From the NCBI GenBank assembly GCA_964452145.1, contig CAYVLA010000002.1:1-59743 (forward strand): a stretch of 59,743 nt of DNA, given 5' to 3'. The translations under genes were made by a program, and so were the position numbers. A model generated the notes under the pieces. That model searched no databases. It saw only the letters and a program-made list of their open reading frames with translations, and had not been told where the DNA came from. Positions within the stretch are counted from its first letter, which is position 1, and each line of letters begins with the position of its first letter. Source of the stretch: Candidatus Hadarchaeota archaeon. Its GTDB lineage: Archaea > CAYQAE01 > CAYVLA01. Of this stretch, positions 9,861 to 19,042 are shown in pieces.

Positions 9861-10136
9861 GAACTGATAAAGATATCCCTCGCATTGGTGCCATTGGTGG
9901 AATCACTGAGACTCTGAACTGCGCCTCCTGGAACACGAATCCCATGCCTCTCCGCCGGTCCTCGGCGCCGCGGATCGGAACGAAGTTGAGCGCCCACCAA
10001 TCGCAGTTGACATCTCGTGAGGGCGAATCGGTGTCGAGAACATGGGGCGCCCTTCCAGGGAGTTCGAATCGACCAACATCAAAGACCCTTCGACTCAACA
10101 TCACAGATTTATCCGACTTTGCAGGGTAATGTCCAC

Positions 10137-10628
10137 ATGCCCTACAGGAGGAAGACCTGGCGCGAGAAGCTTGAAGACAACAAGAAGATGCCCAAGGTAC
10201 TTGCGTTCGACCCTAAATTCCCATGCGGAAAAGCATTGGAGAAGAGGGGCGCCAAGCCCGGGGACTCGGTTGTTCTGGCCCCGCCCCTGGAGGTGGACGA
10301 GATCATGAAGTCGGTCCCCAGGGGCAGGCTCATCACCCTCGATGGGATATGTGACAGGCTGGCAAGGAGGCACGGAACCAAGTTCTGCTGCACGTTGACC
10401 ACGGGTATATTCGTCATGACTGCGGCGAACGCAGCCGAGGAGGCTAGGAAGAGTGGCGAGGAGGAAACCACTCCCTACTGGCGCACTCTCAAGGCGGATG
10501 GCAGTCTGAATGACAAGTATCCTGGGGGAGCACAGGCGCAGAAGAAGAAGCTGGAGGAGGAGGGATTTGTCGTCGCAAGGAAGGGGTCAAGGTTCTTCGT
10601 CAGGGATTTTGGCGAGTTCCTTAGGTGA
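10137..10628 (+). CDS. MGMT-family alkyltransferase-like DNA-binding protein
   Basis: MKSVPRGRLIT...CTLTTGIF...TPYWRTLKADG..N.KYPGG...Q...LEEEG. PYWR replaces the catalytic PCHR. Confidence 0.8.
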   Translation: MPYRRKTWREKLEDNKKMPKVLAFDPKFPCGKALEKRGAKPGDSVVLAPPLEVDEIMKSVPRGRLITLDGICDRLARRHGTKFCCTLTTGIFVMTAANAAEEARKSGEEETTPYWRTLKADGSLNDKYPGGAQAQKKKLEEEGFVVARKGSRFFVRDFGEFLR

Positions 10629-10843
10629 GGCTGGGCAATATGAGTCGGGGGAGATGACGAGTTGGACAGAAGCGAGCAGCCGTCACGCCCTACCGCAGAA
10701 ATACCCGGCGGGTACCCCACTCCTTCATTGTAGAGTCAGGATGATGTTCCGGTCGGTACACCTGCCGGTCGTCTGCGGGTTGTGTGTTCATTCCTTCGCT
10801 TTTCAGGACTTGCTTCGTACTTGGAGCCGACGATGACGGTCCA

Positions 10844-11422
10844 TCAAAGGAGCTTGAGAAGCCTGAGCCCGAAGATAATGGAAAATTCGGAGAAGGCGAA
10901 CGCGCCGATCGTCTCGGGTATGGCCGCACCTAGGTGAGGGACCTTCCCGACAAGGGTGGCTGAGACCAGTCCAAGGGCAATAAGGGCAAGCAAGAGGATC
11001 CCCCACGCCCGTGTGGCCGTCTTTAGAAGCTGGTCAAGCGCGAGTATGAGAATGCCGAAGGTGGAGAGGGTGAAGAAGGCCATGGAAACCGTGTTGTGTG
11101 GAGAGGTACCTCCCGGGAAAACGCCGACCAGAGCGAGGCTGAAGAAGCCCGCCGCAAAGACGAGTATGCCGAGGATTCCAATCTTGGTATTGACGAGGCG
11201 CGGCACCCCGCAGGAGAACAGCATCCCCATCAAGCCAGTCAGCACCATGCCGACGTTGTAGATGATATGGTCCGGCGTATCCAAGGCGCCTAGGTGGCTC
11301 AATGCGTAGTCCGGGAAGTTGAACTCCGGGTGCATCATGATCGACGCGCCGATGAAGACGAGCGCCACGATGGGTGCCAGGATTCCGCAGAGGCCGAAGA
11401 TCCTGATCCAGATGTCCTGCAA
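10844..11422 (-). CDS. DUF998-family membrane protein
   Basis: ALSHLG, YNVGM, LVGVFP....PH motifs; about 6 TM helices. Confidence 0.8.
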   Translation of the reverse strand: MQDIWIRIFGLCGILAPIVALVFIGASIMMHPEFNFPDYALSHLGALDTPDHIIYNVGMVLTGLMGMLFSCGVPRLVNTKIGILGILVFAAGFFSLALVGVFPGGTSPHNTVSMAFFTLSTFGILILALDQLLKTATRAWGILLLALIALGLVSATLVGKVPHLGAAIPETIGAFAFSEFSIIFGLRLLKLL

Positions 11423-11511
11423 CCGTTACTCCCTCCGTGGGAGAGAAGCGGTTCTTCCGGATAAAGGCTTCGCCGTGGGAGCGCGTTTTGACTGGCTTCA
11501 ACCTCACGAGC

Positions 11512-11928
11512 CTACGCCACTGGCACCACGCTGAACCCGACGTCAGCGAAGTGGCGGTCGAAGGTGAAGCAGCTGTCGATGGCTTCCTCTCGCATGAGGG
11601 CAAAGCTCGTTCCATCCGTGAAGCTCAGATCATCCGGGCCGTGGAGGAAGATGTCGAATGCCTTGAGTTCGATCTCCTCGCTGACCCGGAGGATTCTTAC
11701 CAACTTCGTGGCCTGCATCTTCCGCCAGAAACCGGCGCATGACTCCTTGCCGACCCTCCTCCCAAGCAGTGTCATGACCTCATCCAGGATGTAGTTCGAG
11801 GTGAAGATCTGCCGGAAATCCGTCCTCCCCGCACGCAGTTGGCCCCAGAATTGGATCGCCTGGTCATGATTTGAATCATCGCGATCCTCCAAGGCAATCC
11901 ATGCGCTGGTATCCACGAACAGGCGCAT
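11512..11928 (-). CDS. vapC: PIN-domain VapC toxin
   Basis: MRLFVDTSAWIAL...D.NH..A...YILDE...LSFTDGTSFALM...FTFDRHF. Confidence 0.92.
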   Translation of the reverse strand: MRLFVDTSAWIALEDRDDSNHDQAIQFWGQLRAGRTDFRQIFTSNYILDEVMTLLGRRVGKESCAGFWRKMQATKLVRILRVSEEIELKAFDIFLHGPDDLSFTDGTSFALMREEAIDSCFTFDRHFADVGFSVVPVA

Positions 11929-11932
11929 GGCT

Positions 11933-12169
11933 TCAGTCCTTACCGTAGAGGTACGCGTCGTGCTTCTGTGCCAGGTCACCCTTCCCGCTACCTGCTTTTC
12001 CCGGCATCTCAAAGATCGGGTCGGAGGGATCGATCGCGGTCTCCTCCTCGATGAACTTGAGTATCGCCCTCCGTAGCCCCTCTCTCAAGGTCTCTCCCTT
12101 TCGCCGCAAGGCGTCCCTTAGGGCCTTGTACTCCGGATCCTCCAACGTGGTCTGGACGACTCTGGTCAA
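11933..12169 (-). CDS. Ribbon-helix-helix-like antitoxin
   Basis: TTG start after a GGTG RBS; RVVQTTL..PEY..LR......TLREGLRRAI; C-terminal DLAQKHDAYLYG typical of VapB partners. Confidence 0.8.
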   Translation of the reverse strand: MTRVVQTTLEDPEYKALRDALRRKGETLREGLRRAILKFIEEETAIDPSDPIFEMPGKAGSGKGDLAQKHDAYLYGKD

Positions 12170-12196
12170 CCGAACACCATGATCTACGCGGAAAAT

Positions 12197-12222
12197 AGAC
12201 TGAAATATATTGTCATCAGTCT
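12197..12222. promoter_or_regulatory. Inverted-repeat operator enclosing the TATA box of the second vapBC operon
   Basis: AGACTGA-N12-TCAGTCT, with AATATATTT (minus strand) inside the spacer. Confidence 0.55.
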
Positions 12223-12587
12223 TGCATTTTAATTCGAATTCGGATTTCATGACTGAACGCTATTGATGATGATCGGTCTCCCACAAGTCTCATGGATGGC
12301 AGAAAGAGCGTCGCTCTCGCCGTGAAGTCCGCGCCCAGAGTCATCCGGGCATGATCAAGCACGGCTCTATTGCTGGTGGTGGACTCATCATTCACCTCCC
12401 AGCTGGAGACAGTGGTTCTACGGGAGAAAACCGAGTATCATGCGTTCTTCTTGTTTGACCCGCGGGGGACGGTTCGGTAGCCATCCACCCGCTTCACGTG
12501 TCAGAGCGTTTGGAAGCACCCCGATCCGGAGAGAGTGCAGCCCTTGCCGTACTCTTAATAGGGGGCCGTCGATACTCTCCACCACAT

Positions 12588-13556
12588 ATGCGGGCCACCC
12601 AACTTGCGCTGATGGTGGCGGGCGCTCTAGCCTTGGCCGTTGTGCTGGCCTTTCTGCTCTTGGGAAGCGGGCCACCGGTCAACATCACCATGTGCGGAAC
12701 GGGGAAGTCGGGTTCCAACTCGCTGCTCTACTCCTATGGTGTAGAGAAGGGTATCTTCGAAAAGTACGGGCTGAACGTGACCTTTGTCAGCTTCAGGGAT
12801 GTATACACGATGATGCTTGCCTTCTTCAGCGGGAAGGTCACCACCATCTCGATTTCACCCGGCCTTGCCGCGAGCTCCTACAACAACGGAGAGAAGCTCA
12901 AGATCGGCATGGCCGTCGGAAGAGGCTCCGACCACCATCTGCTCGCCCAGCCAGGAATAACGGAACTCGACCAGTTGCGGGGCAAGAAGCTGGGCGTCCA
13001 CGGAAGGACATCCGACAACTACAACATCATGAAATGGTACATGGAGAGCAAGGGCATCGACATCGAGTCGGATCTGGAAGTTGTCGAGATCAGCAGTCCG
13101 GCCAACCTTGTCACATTATTCCAGACCCATCAGGTCGATGCCGTCGTGCTCTGGGGCGGATACGCCGTCAGCGTAATGGTGTCGGGAGGAATCCCGCTGG
13201 TTCAAGTGTCGCAGGCCGCGCAGGAACTGACTGGTTACCCGTACTACATGCCGCTACAGGCTTTCAGGGAGGATTCGATACAACAGGACGAGGCCAACAT
13301 CAAAGCCTTCCTGAGGGCCATGAGGGAGATATCCCGGGAAGTCCAGAAGAACAAGGAAGAGGCCGCCAGAATCTGGTCAGAATTCTCGGGCCAGCCGTAT
13401 GAGGCTGCCCTGGACGTGGTGGATCTGTATGTGCTCCTCGGCGATCTGGATGAAGAGGCCCAACAGGGGATCATGGCGTTCTTTGACTACGGCGCCGAGA
13501 AGGGCTATTTTGAGAGGGCCCCGGGCGAGGAGATCTTCTACGCGAGCTGGAGATAG
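12588..13556 (+). CDS. ABC substrate-binding protein, NMT1/THI5/SsuA type
   Basis: N-terminal TM; EKGIFEKYGLNV; QLRGKKLGV; VDAVVLWG; IKAFLRA. No cognate permease or ATPase adjacent. Confidence 0.85.
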   Translation: MRATQLALMVAGALALAVVLAFLLLGSGPPVNITMCGTGKSGSNSLLYSYGVEKGIFEKYGLNVTFVSFRDVYTMMLAFFSGKVTTISISPGLAASSYNNGEKLKIGMAVGRGSDHHLLAQPGITELDQLRGKKLGVHGRTSDNYNIMKWYMESKGIDIESDLEVVEISSPANLVTLFQTHQVDAVVLWGGYAVSVMVSGGIPLVQVSQAAQELTGYPYYMPLQAFREDSIQQDEANIKAFLRAMREISREVQKNKEEAARIWSEFSGQPYEAALDVVDLYVLLGDLDEEAQQGIMAFFDYGAEKGYFERAPGEEIFYASWR

Positions 13557-14119
13557 ATAGCCGAAAGCATTCTCACAGCCCGACAAACTGGGTGGTGACC
13601 CGCCGCAGAGCCTGTCTCCCCCGAAGAGTCAGGCATTGTCGTAGGGGTGCTCCAAACTCGCCGGCGAGCAGTTTCGGATTCGGATTGTCAACGAGCTTGG
13701 ATTCGAACAATTCGGGGCACATGAAGACGGCTGGGGAGCCGAACACGATTGTCTTCCCCGCCGTATCTCGTTGGGGTCGCCACGGGCTGGTCGAATCGGT
13801 CATGTTCCTTCCTCGTCTTGAGAACCTTCCGCACGGTTGAGGAGGGGATCGTCGATCTCGTTTCCAGCCTTGATGGTGAGGTGGCTCCCCCCGTGCGGAC
13901 CGAAGGCGACCTTGCCCAGGATCGTGTCGGGGCATGGGCCAGGGTTCAGCAGTCAATGAGGTCCCGGTCCCCCTTCTTGCAGGCGAAATGGGCCTCGCTC
14001 TCCTGGTTCTCGTCAGGGTGACGTTTTGGACGGCAGACTCGACGCCGAATGACTGGGCATCCCTGGCTGCGGCCCTGCGGGCCGATACAGTTTTATCTCA
14101 GATAGGCGGCGCCGTGGGT

Positions 14120-15373
14120 GTGAGGGAGCCTGGAAGCTGGGTCGCGCGATCGGCGATCTGCATGCTCTGGATTCTCGTCGCCTGGGCGTATTCGGCCCAG
14201 GTCGTGGCGGAGATCTGGGAGAAGGAGTTCCTGCTGATAGGACAAGTCTTTCCCCAGGAATGCCCCGTCCCGGGCTGGCTCGACCAGGAACCGATGCTCC
14301 GCTACACCATCATACCGACCGATACGGACTCCCTGGGCCTTACCGCCGAGGACTCGCGCAGGTTCGTGAGGCAGTACTTTCCCCGAACCCAGAAAGAGCT
14401 GAATTCAAGATTCCAGTTCATAGTGATGCCCGACACGAAGATAGCGCCCTTCACCGGGCAGCAGATAATGTGGATGAAGGAGGGCATGGAGTCACACGGG
14501 ATTGGGGGATTCGTGACCGTCGGGGCGGACCTGGCGGGGGGCTACGAGTGGGAATGGGTTAACTCGCCTCTTCACGACGTGCTGCCCTCAAGCCTCAAGG
14601 GACACTACAGGGTGGGTTCCAGCTTCAAGATAGTCATACTGAAGGAGGATCCCCCGGTTCTCTCCATGTTCAGGCAGTACGACATCGAGAACTTCATCGG
14701 GAGCTGCCCCTGCTCGCGCAACTTCCCCAAGGAGGGCTCCACGGTCTGGGCGGATGCCCGCTACCAGGGCGAGAACCTCCAGTACCCGTGGCTAACCGAG
14801 TGGAAGATCGGCACCTCCGGCGGGCATGTCTGGGTTGCGTCCGATGATCTGGACCATCAGTGGTGGTGGCCCGGGGGGATGAGGTTCCAGTCCACCAACC
14901 CGTACTCCGGAGACGTCTTCCTCAACATCATCTACTACTCGGTAGGCAGAGCGCTGCCGGAGGACATCAACGTCGTCCATGCCCTGCGGAGGAGCCTGAG
15001 CCTGTACCAGACCCAGAGGCTCATGATCAGAGGCACAATAGACTGGGCCGAGAAGCTGGGGGCAAACGTCAGAAAGGCCGAGCTGGCCCTGGGCGACGCC
15101 GAAGAGGTCTACAAGACGGCGGTCGACCGATACGTGTCGGGCGACTATGACGAGTCCGCCGCGCATCTTGAGAGCGCCATCGCGGCGGCCGAGAGGGCCC
15201 AGGAGGTGGCCTACAGGACCAAGGAGGAGGCCATGTTCTACATCTACGCCGTGGAGTGGCTTGTCACCACCGGGGTGCTTCTTCTCAGCGGTTCGGTGCT
15301 CTATTCCTTGATGGTGAGGAGGCGCCTGTACAGGGAGGTCGCGTCGACCGGATTCCGCCGGGCAGGAGAGTGA
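14120..15373 (+). CDS. Family A copy A3
   Basis: Likely GTG start about 28 nt after TTTTATC (14091); signal peptide; RQYFPRT; DWAEKLGAN; YAVEWL...LMVRRRLYREV. Confidence 0.85.
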   Translation: MREPGSWVARSAICMLWILVAWAYSAQVVAEIWEKEFLLIGQVFPQECPVPGWLDQEPMLRYTIIPTDTDSLGLTAEDSRRFVRQYFPRTQKELNSRFQFIVMPDTKIAPFTGQQIMWMKEGMESHGIGGFVTVGADLAGGYEWEWVNSPLHDVLPSSLKGHYRVGSSFKIVILKEDPPVLSMFRQYDIENFIGSCPCSRNFPKEGSTVWADARYQGENLQYPWLTEWKIGTSGGHVWVASDDLDHQWWWPGGMRFQSTNPYSGDVFLNIIYYSVGRALPEDINVVHALRRSLSLYQTQRLMIRGTIDWAEKLGANVRKAELALGDAEEVYKTAVDRYVSGDYDESAAHLESAIAAAERAQEVAYRTKEEAMFYIYAVEWLVTTGVLLLSGSVLYSLMVRRRLYREVASTGFRRAGE

Positions 15374-16233
15374 GCAGGATGGTCAGCGTCCATGTCAAGC
15401 GGTACATCTCCCTGATATTCCTGGTGCTGGTTGCGTCAACTGCATGGACCCTGACGGCCTACATCTGGCGGGACAGGACGATCAGACTTCTAGGCATGCA
15501 GGGGACGGATGCCCTCTTCTCCGCCGCACGCGGGGAGAGAATCCTGTCCATAAGGGTCGCTCCGGAACGGAGGCTGGGGAATCTGGAGTTCAGATTCAGG
15601 TGCCTGATTGAGCGCAACCCGAGGGATGTGCCCATAATGCTTGAGAAGGCCGAGACCGCCGCCGAGTTGATCGAAGCATGTCGGCCGGTTTCGGATCGTC
15701 TCGACTACTTCGCCACAATGGGCGCGGCGGAGTATGCCGTTATCCACGAAGTGGTCCCGGAGAACCTGAAGGGGCACAGGCTCGTGTTCGTAGACTTCGG
15801 CCGGATCTACGCCTCTCTGTACAGCGCGGAGCACAGCAACGAGTCTCTGACCACCTTCGCCTTTCTTCTGAATCGAACGGGCCACCTCGTTGGCTACTTC
15901 GAGGGGTATTCCGAGATCCTCGTGATGAGGGGTACCTTTGGCAAACTGCTTGGGCGAAGCGAGATCCTCGACCTGGTGCGGGTGGAGTCGGGGAAGGAAA
16001 GGGTCGACTACGTCCCGGATCCGGGCCCGGGCGAGCTTTCGCTTGGCGACCTGCCCCCGTGGGGCCAGATCACGTTTCATGGCGTCACATCGGATCCGTA
16101 TGGCGTCACCATCGTGGTCAAGGAGGGAATGATCGGGTCGGAGAGGCTGCTCTTCGCGGTGGAGACGTTCGCCGACGGCAACTGGTTCGGGGATGCATCT
16201 GGATACTGGGTGATCAAGACGAGGAGGATCTAG
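15370..16233 (+). CDS. Family B copy B2
   Basis: GTGA overlap with the A3 stop (alternative ATG at 15379); N-terminal TM; similarity to B1 and B3. Confidence 0.75.
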   Translation: MSRMVSVHVKRYISLIFLVLVASTAWTLTAYIWRDRTIRLLGMQGTDALFSAARGERILSIRVAPERRLGNLEFRFRCLIERNPRDVPIMLEKAETAAELIEACRPVSDRLDYFATMGAAEYAVIHEVVPENLKGHRLVFVDFGRIYASLYSAEHSNESLTTFAFLLNRTGHLVGYFEGYSEILVMRGTFGKLLGRSEILDLVRVESGKERVDYVPDPGPGELSLGDLPPWGQITFHGVTSDPYGVTIVVKEGMIGSERLLFAVETFADGNWFGDASGYWVIKTRRI

Positions 16234-17289
16234 ATGAGAGTCACGACTCTTCTCACGGCGGTTCTACTCATCTCCCTGGGCCTGTCTCAGGCATGCTGTC
16301 AGGTCAAGCCGCTCGTGGTCATCGCATGCTTCGATGGGCAGAAGTATCCCCCTGAGTTCTGCCCGAACTACTCGAAGGCCGTTCTGGAATTCGCGAGGGA
16401 GGCGGTTGGCGACGCTTACGGAACCGAGGTGGAGGTCAGGACGATCGGTGACTGGTTCTTCCTGCTGGATGTCCTGACGCTGCCCAACGTTATCGGGGGG
16501 CTGATCTCCCTCAGAGAGGGCCAGTTTCAGCTATCCAACCTGCGACAGAACGATCTGGTTGCCGCCTTCGGGAATGGGCTGGGTCTGGTGGGCATCAACT
16601 ACATGGGGCACTACTCGTCGATGGGCCGGGTGGCCGAGCTGGTGTTTCCCCTGAACGCGACCAAGACGGCGTCGGGGAAGGTCGTCAGGGGGACGTACGT
16701 TACGTCGCAGCACACCCATGTGAAGCTGGTGGATAACCCTGTCACAAGGAATCTGCCCGGGACTATCAGCATACCTGACTCCAGTTTGATCTACCACCAT
16801 CCCGTATCGAAGGAGGGCTGGTGGACGCCGCCTCAGGGAAGCATGGCCGTACTGTATGCGTGCACGACCGTAAGCGCGGACGTTGAGGTCCCGTCGATCA
16901 TACTGTATGAGCGGGGCAACGGACGATCGGTGGCGCTGGCTGGCCTCAGACACAACGATGCAACAGGATCCTACCAGAGGGATCCGGGGTGGTTCAACCA
17001 CTCGCTGAGCATGGCGGAGGTCAGACGGCTGCTAGGGGACGCGCTGGTCTATGTCCTTGAGCCATTTGCCAGTGCGGGGCCTCTGAAGGCGCGAATGGAG
17101 CAGAGCCGGGTCTTCGTCGATGAGAGGCTGCAGAGCCTGCGGGCGGAGATCGAGATCGCAAAGGACTCCGCGCGGCGGCTGAGGAACGAGTCCATGCTGT
17201 CGACCCTTGTCGTCGGCGGCCTGTCAGGCCTGGCGGCGGTCATCATCGTGTACGTTGGCTTCATTAGGTCTGGGACTGGGCATTCCTGA
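16234..17289 (+). CDS. Family C copy C2
   Basis: Starts immediately after the B2 stop; signal peptide; FGNGLGLVGI...VFP; GRSVALAG; RRLLGDALVYV; coiled coil and TM. Confidence 0.8.
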   Translation: MRVTTLLTAVLLISLGLSQACCQVKPLVVIACFDGQKYPPEFCPNYSKAVLEFAREAVGDAYGTEVEVRTIGDWFFLLDVLTLPNVIGGLISLREGQFQLSNLRQNDLVAAFGNGLGLVGINYMGHYSSMGRVAELVFPLNATKTASGKVVRGTYVTSQHTHVKLVDNPVTRNLPGTISIPDSSLIYHHPVSKEGWWTPPQGSMAVLYACTTVSADVEVPSIILYERGNGRSVALAGLRHNDATGSYQRDPGWFNHSLSMAEVRRLLGDALVYVLEPFASAGPLKARMEQSRVFVDERLQSLRAEIEIAKDSARRLRNESMLSTLVVGGLSGLAAVIIVYVGFIRSGTGHS

Positions 17290-17600
17290 CGGATAGGCCC
17301 GATTCGTCAATTCCCGGCCCCATGGTGTCGGATGGGGAACCTGGTTTGGCATGGGCCCGGCTTACCGGGGGTTTAAAGGTGGCAGGACGAGCCATCTCCG
17401 AACGCGGCTCATATGGCGTAGCGGGAGGAGCTTGGTGGTTCAAGCTGCGTCTGGGCAAACTCCTCCGGTGCCCAACCCACGCCAGTGCTGGAATTCGCCG
17501 GGCCAAGGGCCGACTCCTCTTCTTCGCCCAAGACCGAAGGAATCACATATCAGATCGTCTCGGGAAGAGGACAAGACCAGTCCTGCGAGGGACCTCCACC

Positions 17601-18830
17601 ATGGCTCGCTGCGTCTGCTTGGCATTCATTGTCTTCATCTCGTCCGCGCTCGTGTCCGCTGAGGCCAAGACGGATCCTCAGACGGGTCGCATACGCCTGT
17701 TGCTCATCGGCGCCCAGTGGCATGCGGGAAACGTCTACGTTACGAGCCTACTCAGATCGGATCCGCGTATCAGCATCCAGGGCAGCATCGAGACCTCGGG
17801 CGGATGGCTCCCCGAGGAGGTGAGGAGGCGTGCACGCCTGAGCTTTCCCAGAACCAAGCAACGTTTCGTCTCCACAATCGATGCTCTGGAATACAACTTC
17901 GCGCCTCCCTGGGCATTGAGCGATGAACAGCAGCAATGGGTTCATGACTGCGTGCTCGACGAAGGCCTTGGACTGGTACTCGTTGGCATGGGGTGGCATC
18001 CGTGTCTGGCCGACCCTCTGCTGCGCTGCAACCGGGCAGAGGACTGGGTGAACTCCATCATCTACAAGGCATGGCCGATGGATGTTGTCATCGGGAAGAC
18101 GATCAAGCCCTCCCAATTCATGGAGATCATTCAAAGCTCGCCGGTGGTCGATCTACCCGATTTCGAAAAGCAGGTCTTCGGCCCCCTTGGTCTATCCACC
18201 TTCATCGGCATGGTGAGCGCCCGGCCAGCGGCTACCACATACACCCGATGGCAAGCCGGCGGGGAGGACGCCATCATCTCCTGGAGGTACGGGAGGGGTA
18301 TTGCCCTAGCTGTTCCCGTCTCTGGAGCCTCGCTGGGGGATGACGCCATGAGGAACTGGAAGTACTTCATAGATTTCGTCCTGAACAAGGTCTACGTCGC
18401 TGCTGACGTGCCGGTGCCTGACGACCCCGAATTGTCGCACAGCCTCAGGGCAGCGTTTCTGCAGTTCAACGAGCAGAGATCGCTCGCCGTCAGCCTCATC
18501 GACTTCGTTGACAAGTTCGGCGCGAACACAGGACCACTTCATAACATCGTCGATGATCTGGAGGGAAAGGCGAGGGAAGCAAACGCGCTATACGTGGCGG
18601 GTGACTACCAGGCCTCCCTGCAGTCGATCAGATATGCCATGGAGGGCTTAATCGATCTCTCCGTTGAGTCGACAAAGGTGAGGAACCGGGCGCTGTTCTG
18701 GGTCTATCTGACCGAATGGCTTACGGTATCCGGCACATCAGCGTTGTGCGGGGGTCTGATCTGGAGCCTGATGATCAGGAAGCGGCGCTACAGGGAGGTC
18801 GGGACGACCAGGCTTGATCGCCGTGGGTAG
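17601..18830 (+). CDS. Family A copy A4
   Basis: ATG 17601 with signal peptide; KTDPQTGRIRLLLIG; RLSFPRT; DFVDKFGANT; YLTEWL...LMIRKRRYREV. Confidence 0.87.
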   Translation: MARCVCLAFIVFISSALVSAEAKTDPQTGRIRLLLIGAQWHAGNVYVTSLLRSDPRISIQGSIETSGGWLPEEVRRRARLSFPRTKQRFVSTIDALEYNFAPPWALSDEQQQWVHDCVLDEGLGLVLVGMGWHPCLADPLLRCNRAEDWVNSIIYKAWPMDVVIGKTIKPSQFMEIIQSSPVVDLPDFEKQVFGPLGLSTFIGMVSARPAATTYTRWQAGGEDAIISWRYGRGIALAVPVSGASLGDDAMRNWKYFIDFVLNKVYVAADVPVPDDPELSHSLRAAFLQFNEQRSLAVSLIDFVDKFGANTGPLHNIVDDLEGKAREANALYVAGDYQASLQSIRYAMEGLIDLSVESTKVRNRALFWVYLTEWLTVSGTSALCGGLIWSLMIRKRRYREVGTTRLDRRG

Positions 18831-19002
18831 GTGCCTTGCCGGAAGGTCGAGACAGGAAGATGAAGCCGCCCTTCTTGAAGGCAGCAACGCCGATGCCGGA
18901 TGTTTGCCTCTGCCGAGGATTCTGAGGGGGTGGTGAATCGATGGCCCATCCCCCACCTTTGACCGTTCCCTGTCGCTTCGAGGTTTGCGCTCATGGGGAG
19001 CA

Positions 19003-19032
19003 ACAGGGCAGACGGAGGTGAACCTGCCCTGT
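19003..19032. terminator. Hairpin between the convergent genes A4 and B3
   Basis: 9-bp stem ACAGGGCAG / CTGCCCTGT just past the B3 stop; no U-tract. Confidence 0.25.
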
Positions 19033-19042
19033 GGTGTGGTCG

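Noticed and set aside
10050..10080. tRNA-like GTTCGAATC T-loop
   Set aside because: The flanks (GGGAG / CGACC) do not pair, and no cloverleaf can be built.
5000..12300. Integrated mobile element or provirus
   Set aside because: TA genes and remnants are present, but I found no integrase, transposase, att repeats or viral genes.
13573..14050. Possible gene remnant between the binding protein and A3, and the long N-terminal extensions the ORF track gives A3, A4 and A6
   Set aside because: No recognisable motif in the remnant. Signal peptides and a TATA-like box support the later starts.
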